Below, in pieces: positions 57,655 to 64,000 of a stretch of DNA of 64,000 nt. How positions within the stretch are numbered: the first letter of the stretch is position 1; the number at the start of each line of letters is the position of its first letter. The position numbers were made by a program, and so were the translations under genes. Below the pieces are notes generated by a model. It did no database searches. It was not told the origin of the DNA and saw only the letters and a list, made by a program, of their open reading frames with translations. Origin of the DNA: the human T2T-CHM13v2.0 reference genome, Homo sapiens; assembly GCF_009914755.1 (NCBI RefSeq), contig NC_060932.1; one strand, given 5' to 3'.

Positions 57655-58086
57655 AATTTTCTTTCTTTCTTTTTTTTTTTAGTTTTACTTTAAGTTCTGG
57701 GATACATGTGCAGAACGTGCAGGTTTGTTACACAGGTATACATGTGCCATGGTGATTTGCTGCACCCATCAACCCGTCATGTAGGTTTTAAGTCCTGCAT
57801 GCATTTGGTATTTGTCCTAATGCTCTCCCTCCCTTTGTCCCCCACCCCACAACAGGCCCTCATGTGTGATGTTCCCCTCCTTGTGTCCATATGTTCTCAT
57901 TGTTCAACTCCCACTTATTAGTGAGAACATGCGGTGTTTGTTTTTCTGTTCCTGTGTTAGTTTGTTAAGAATGATGGTTTCCAGATTCATCCATGTTCCT
58001 ACAAAGGACATGAACTTATTCATTTTTATGGCTGCATAGTGTTCCATGGTGTATATGCCATATTTTCTTCATCCAGTCTGTCATTG
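57655..58086 (-). mobile_element. L1PA (PA7/8-like) 3' end nested antisense in the L1M
   Basis: ttttactttaagttctgggatacatgtgcagaacgtgcagg; attggaact on both sides may be the TSD. Confidence 0.92.
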
Positions 58087-58949
58087 ATTGGAACTTTACT
58101 TCTTAAGGAACTAGAAAAAAACTAAACCCAAAGCTAGCAGAAAAAAAAATTACAAAGAGTATAGTGAGATAAATAAAATAGATAATAGAAAAATAATAGA
58201 GATAACCAATAAACCAAAAGTTAGTAGTACAAATCTCTTGTATTTATTGCATAATTTCTAACTAATCATTTTTAATAATTGGATCTTGCCTATTAATACA
58301 GTATATGCTTCTTTTTTTTAAGAGAAGAAAAAATTGGAACACTGAGGCCTGCCACATAGTACATTTCTCAACACATAGGTTGTCATCAAATTAATCTTTA
58401 GATTATTACAAATAAAACTTTATAAATTCATCTACAGTAGGAGACTCCACTTACCAAAGACTGAATTCAAAATTACCTGTAAGATTGTTCTCAAATATTC
58501 CATATTGTGATTGATATGACATTTATGTTAAATTGTTGAAATGTTAAATACTATGCATTGAATAAATAAAGAGTGATTTTTCAAAAGTATAGAACAAATC
58601 AGGCTTTGGAATTAATTTCACTATTTTAGACTGTATAGAATATTACATAGAGAGCAGAGTAGTTTGATAGACAAATATACATCATTTTTGAGGGTGGATT
58701 TTTTGGTCAGAATTCTGTTTTCATCCTTAGAATTAAATGTCTACTCTGTACCATTAATTAATTTATTTATCTAAGTGCTGAGTAACAATGTTAAATTACA
58801 AGACATAGTTTCTTTTCTCCAGTATACAAAGGACTAAATGTAACAAGTTGGAAAGTTGGTATTAAGGAGATTATGGGAAAACTAAGAAAGAGTGTTACTG
58901 GGGAAAGGGGCACAGATACAACATTTTACATAAATACACATCGAATGTC

Positions 58950-59500
58950 CCCTTATTTATTCCACTAAATATTGACCAGGTACCAGCAAGAAGTGACTCA
59001 AGGAGGAAAAAGGCAGATGATCTTTTTGCTCTTATGATACCAATAGTCTAGAAGAATCAAAATTCATGAGGAGATACTTATGTGAATAATTCGACCATCC
59101 CAATTGGAGCCAGAGATAAAAAGGCTAAGTAGGCTCTGAGAAAGTTTAGTGAGGTACATAGCCAAGTCTGAGAGGGAAGAGAAGACTCTTTTGGGAAAAT
59201 GGTATTTAAGTTGGGAGCTAGAAAGGGATTGGAGGAAGTGAGGATCTAAGGGAAGATAACATTTAACAGACCAGAGTGCAGGAAAAACCTGTCCTGAAGA
59301 GAGGCAGTAACATCAGCTGGGAACTAGACTCTGTCAGGCCTTTTGAACAAGATCATGGACTTGGGCCTTTATCCTAACAAAAATAAAAAGCCATTGAGGG
59401 ATTTTAAGACAGATCATCATGCTCAGACTTGAATTAAAAATATTACTGTATTTTTAGCAGGGGAAATATATCAGCCTGCAGGAAATTAGTTAATAAGCTA
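58950..59500 (-). mobile_element. L2 relic
   Basis: atttattccactaaatattga...ggtatttaagttggga...aagccattgagggattttaag. Confidence 0.7.
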
Positions 59501-61176
59501 TTTTGAGAAATACTGCTTTAATGGCAATTCCTTCAGAAAGCTGATTCTGGCACTGAAATCCATAGTAAGGAATCACAATCAGTGGTCCTTAACACTGGAC
59601 ATTGAAATTGGAAAGGAATGAATTTTGTGTCTGGCAAAAGTCACCATAAACATAGGCACCTGCTAAAGATAGACATGGGACAGTCATAAGGCATTGGGCA
59701 AATATCTGGGGAACCTGATTAATATATGAGGAACCTTACATGTTGACAAGAAAAAAAAGCAAAAAACAACCTATTAAATATATGGACAATATATAGTAAG
59801 TATATTTTTGCTAGCAAATGCATAGTAAATGGTGCTCTAATTAATAAGTAGCCAAGAAAATGCAAATTCTAAAACTCAATTGAATGCTAGAATATTATTA
59901 TTTTTAAAGTAGATGGCAATGGTCAACTCTTACTACAAAATAAAAATTAGTAAGAATGTATAAAACCATGATTGGTGATATCTTAGATCTGTGTTACAAA
60001 ATTGTCACAGTTCTGAAATTTAAGAGAAAATATTAGAAACCATAATCCGTATTCTCTGGAATAAGTCTGAGGAAGACACATAGTAAGGGTGAATTAGAGA
60101 ATAAAGACAAAAACTTGCTAAAATAAACATTCCAAAAAGGTTCTGAATGTGTAATATTATTGGTTCACCAGGAAACATACTCTTGCTGGAAACTAGGATG
60201 CTACCCTATTAGTATATAATTTTGCTTATCAAATTAAACAGGGACTTTTTGATGGTAATTGATAAAGTAACATCAAAACTTATTCTAGTGGAGACCTCTA
60301 TGATCCTACATTTTAATGAGACCACAGTGCAGAGGAAGAGGGCCACGTAAATCAACCCAATATAACAGAATTTAAGTAGTCTGAACTCCCATAAAAAAAT
60401 AAGTACTAGTATCAATATTTTGAAGAAATATTTAAAAAGAAAAGATAGCATTTTGTTTGTTTTGTATTGTATTTTAAGAGTAGTGTAGTATTTTTATTCT
60501 TTTGTTCATGAAACATCAATATAAAAGTGCATTAATCTGAACCTTCAGAAAGCAGATCAAGAAATGTATATATATAACCTAATGAATTTCGTTCACCTGT
60601 CACATGGGTAAATCTATACAAGTTCCTTGACAGTATTATGTCAAGAGCTTTATAGTGTTGTGCAGCTTTGGTCTGATAAATGACTCAAAAAATGTAGTTA
60701 CACTACAGTTGCTGTTATATCATCCTAAAACACTGTAAGATTAAATGCTCTGTTAAGTATACCCTGCCCATAGGGAATAATACTATTATTCCCTTCATTA
60801 AAACCCTACAGAGTTATGAAATGTTACATAACTGTGTCCCAAGAAAGCCTGAAAGCAAGGCAGTTGTTAATTGGTTATGCTTTCTTTTCCTGTAATACAC
60901 AAATAAAAAAAAATCTTCTTCCATATTCATTGCAATTAGAGTAACTAAAAAATAGTTTCCTTGACCAATCCTACTGATTTCAAATATTACTTCATCATAG
61001 TGTGGTGACTTGGATATGTTTTCTTAATAAAATTAAATTTAAATGAACTATAATCGAAGTTTTTGTTGTGTATATAATTCATTATTTAATCTGTATTCAG
61101 AAATAGTAGAAATTTAGTTCATAATACACAAAATTAAAGATTTATAAAATAAATTTTATTTTATTTTTAATTACAA

Positions 61177-61296
61177 TTTTTGGAGATGTAAAGAATCATT
61201 AGAACTATGTGCCAGAAAATTACATAACAATAATGAAAACTACATACTGGCAGAAAAGTATCAAGATTAAATGGACTGAAAAAAAATCTGAAAAAA
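61177..61296 (+). pseudogene. Possible decayed coding exon with SH3-like C-terminal motif (speculative)
   Basis: Translates FGDVKNH*NYVPENYITIMKTTYWQK...; T-rich tract ending ttacaa (AG absent); donor AAA|GTAAGT at 61297. Confidence 0.3.
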
Positions 61297-62954
61297 GTAA
61301 GTGCAATTTATCTTAATTCTGACCCTGATTTGCAGTCTGGAGAGGAGCATATCATTTGGAGCCCTCTTGATGGGACTTTTCACCTGAAAATAAATGTCAT
61401 CATTATACCCATCATGTACCAATATGACATGATAACATAAAGTTTAATGAGTGTACTTGTAAAATATTTTGAGTGCTTAGAGGGAAGATGCTTTATTACC
61501 TTGAGAACTTTTCCTTGAGGCTTGAAATAATGTGAAAATAATTTTATTTTAAAATTTATTACATCTATTTTAAAGTGCCACACTGTTTAAAAACAAAAAC
61601 AAAAAGCAGTTTCTTGTAAGATATATAACAGCCAACCATTTTAATAGTATGATATTAGGATTGAAATTTTTTTAGAATAGTATTTATGATCAATAATAAT
61701 ATATAGCATTCCCAAAGTAAGCAAAGAAAACAATATAATAATAAATGTTAGATACATTTAAAATTAAATAAATTGTTAACTAAGAAAATTAAATATATTG
61801 TTAACTAAGAAAAATTAATGCTAAAAATCAGTGGCTTTTGTTTAATTTCAGTAAATTCATTGAAAACAAAATTTTGTTTAGATTTGAAAACCCATAGCAT
61901 GGTGAATGATTATATACTGGGTTGTGTCTCAGAATTGATATAAAAGAAAAGCAATCTGTAAATAGCGATCTGTAAATCTGTAAATAGCAATCTGTAAAAA
62001 TCTAAAAAATAGTTTTTTAGTTTTAAAACTCATTTACATATATATTTTTTAAAGTTAGACCTATGGAATTTACACTCTGTGTGTGATGTTTGTGATCAAC
62101 AGTCTATCTTTCCTTTTACTTAGTAAAGGAAGATTAATACTGCACTCATATTTCCAAGCATATAGACTCTTCTAAAGTTCGGTAAGAAAGTTGGCTAAAA
62201 AAGGAAGAAATTTTAATTATTTGATAGTGAAAGCCCAAGCTACAGATTATTTTAGTTTTAATAATTAAAGTCCTTGAGATATGTCTTATTTCAGTGGCAT
62301 GCCTAAGTCAAATCAATGAGTATGTTTCAAAATTACATGTGTTGCATTAGTATAATATTTTTAAAAATTTGACTAAGATGGCAATGCCATTAACAATAAT
62401 GGGATATGTAAGATTTGTTTAAATTTACTTTCATTCATATAAAGCTTTTATTTCTTCCTTTGATATTTTATCTAAATATTCTTTTTAAATACTTGAAAAT
62501 AGCACTTTAATGCTCTGTTCTCAGCTACACATACTCAATTATTTGAACTCTAATTTCTTACATTTAAAGTTTTGCTACTTTTTTTCAGTTTAATTTTATT
62601 TTAGTCATGCTAAAGCTCACTTTATAAGTTAAATTGCGCTTATGGCAAAGCAATGTGAATGGTAAAAACTACAAATAAATACACCAGAGAGTTCTTTTTT
62701 TATGGCTTATTTAATGTTTTAATGATTATAAAAAAGTCTTAAAAGACATTTAAAGGTAAGTGTTTTTCAAATTACCATCCAATATCTTTGTTTTCTGAAT
62801 TTATGGATAACTTCAAAACATTTGAATTTAGTTGCCATTCAATTTTTAAGACTTTGGAAATTAAATGGATATATTAAAATGCATACATCAATTTCAAAAT
62901 AATTCTCATTTTCATAGCTTTAAAACAAAATATAGCATTTATGTATCTTTCCAG

Positions 62955-62999
62955 AAATCATACACTTTTGAATTTTTAACACATGGCAAATTTCATCAG
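62955..62999 (+). other. Candidate 45-nt exon
   Basis: tctttccag| acceptor and CAG|GTATGC donor; one open frame KSYTFEFLTHGKFHQ; consensus donor AAG|GTAAGT 199 nt upstream. Confidence 0.35.
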
Positions 63000-64000
63000 G
63001 TATGCATTAATATATCATCAAGCTAATTGATGTTTGCAAATATAATTGAAATCAAAGATTTATCTGATTTATACATATGCAATGTCATTTCACATTCCTA
63101 TCTGTTCGTGAGTTAAAATATGTAAATATGTCTAAGAGAGAAGTAGGTGATGGAAATATGGTTTGAGGCATTGATATCGTATCCTAGTATACCTTTGGTT
63201 AACTACAATGTAGAATCAATTGAGATAATTAAATATTTTCCACTTTTTTTCTAATATTAAAAAGTTTAACATTGTTGATAGTAGAATGAAAATTCACTAG
63301 ATCATAAAGAACTCAGGGTTAAGAATCAGACTGACAGCCAAATGCAGCAAATGTCATAATGATGACCTATTTGTCAGAGTTGTAAGAAAAATGTGAGATA
63401 TGATAGATGTAATTTCTAGAAAAATATTGGTTTACAAGTATGCATTAGTATGTATTCAATTTATTCGGGATATATTTTAAGTGTTATTTTTTTCTGCAAT
63501 TGCTGATGGTTCATTACCATTAATGTCTGATTCCTTAGAAACAGAGTTGCCTAATAACAGCCATTTATTTTGCTTACTTGACTGTTTTACAATTATGAAA
63601 TCAAAGACATTTTAAGGCAGCCCAAATAGAATCTTTATTTTCCCAGAATATTTCTGATAATGTTGCTTAAGGATGCACATAAAATTAGCTTGAAAATCGA
63701 GAATGACATAGGCATGACATAAATTTTAAAAATTTCCGTATCATCTTAGATTCCCTTTACTGCATGAACTAGGCTGTTAACGAATAGTCTTTTAAGGAAA
63801 ATATGTTTTTGCACAGAATTTGCTTTCAGTGAAGTAAGAGACATTTTCAGATGCTTGTGGCTATATCAGCACAAAACTAGCATGTTTATTAAACAGACAA
63901 CATGCTTGGGATATCAGTATTTACTCATGTCAATTTGGGTTTGATCAAGGAGGTAGAAACACTGTGAAAGATATGGCATAAGGTACTCATTAAAGAGTGT

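Larger units (their letters stand above)
54530..58225 (+). mobile_element. Old L1M: 5' region, ORF1 and ORF2 endonuclease start, decayed
   Basis: ORF1-like aataatggccaaaagcctcccaaattt...ctcaacaaactccaag; ORF2 start atcagtaattactttaaatgtaa; ctatgctgtctacaaga; atgggatgcagc. Confidence 0.88.

Noticed and set aside
61780-62000. Short tandem duplications (attgttaactaagaaaa x2; aatctgtaaatagc-like x3-4), and the 18-mer x2 near 4143-4178
   Set aside because: Ordinary slippage products in AT-rich DNA

Overview
AT-rich, repeat-dense human genomic DNA, intergenic or intronic in character. It is called human because it holds one AluYa5 and one AluYb8, subfamilies that are essentially human-specific. 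I find no intact protein-coding gene, RNA gene or CRISPR array, and nothing prokaryotic. Most ORFs in the supplied track are readings of Alu, L1 or LTR sequence, and the rest look like chance ORFs. Main content: about 20 Alus, several L1s (one near full-length at ~45.8-52.4 kb), MIR/L2 relics, MaLR LTRs (MLT1, THE1, MST) and a MER57 solo LTR. There is also a decayed class I ERV env gene with its 3' LTR (6.8-8.8 kb) and an intact solo LTR12C (40932-42522) with a perfect TGGC target-site duplication (TSD). Strongest leads: (1) the LTR12C sits inside a pre-existing promoter/first-exon-like patch, 85 bp upstream of a consensus splice donor; (2) a repeat-poor zone at 60-64 kb has + strand exon-like segments, one resembling the C-terminal half of an SH3 domain broken by a stop codon (possible lost gene, speculative); (3) a 50-bp locally templated insertion with a 22-bp flanking duplication at 11.7 kb; (4) a candidate 3-nt microexon at 16896. 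Repeat subfamily names come from recalled consensus features, not a database search, and boundaries of the old repeats are approximate.
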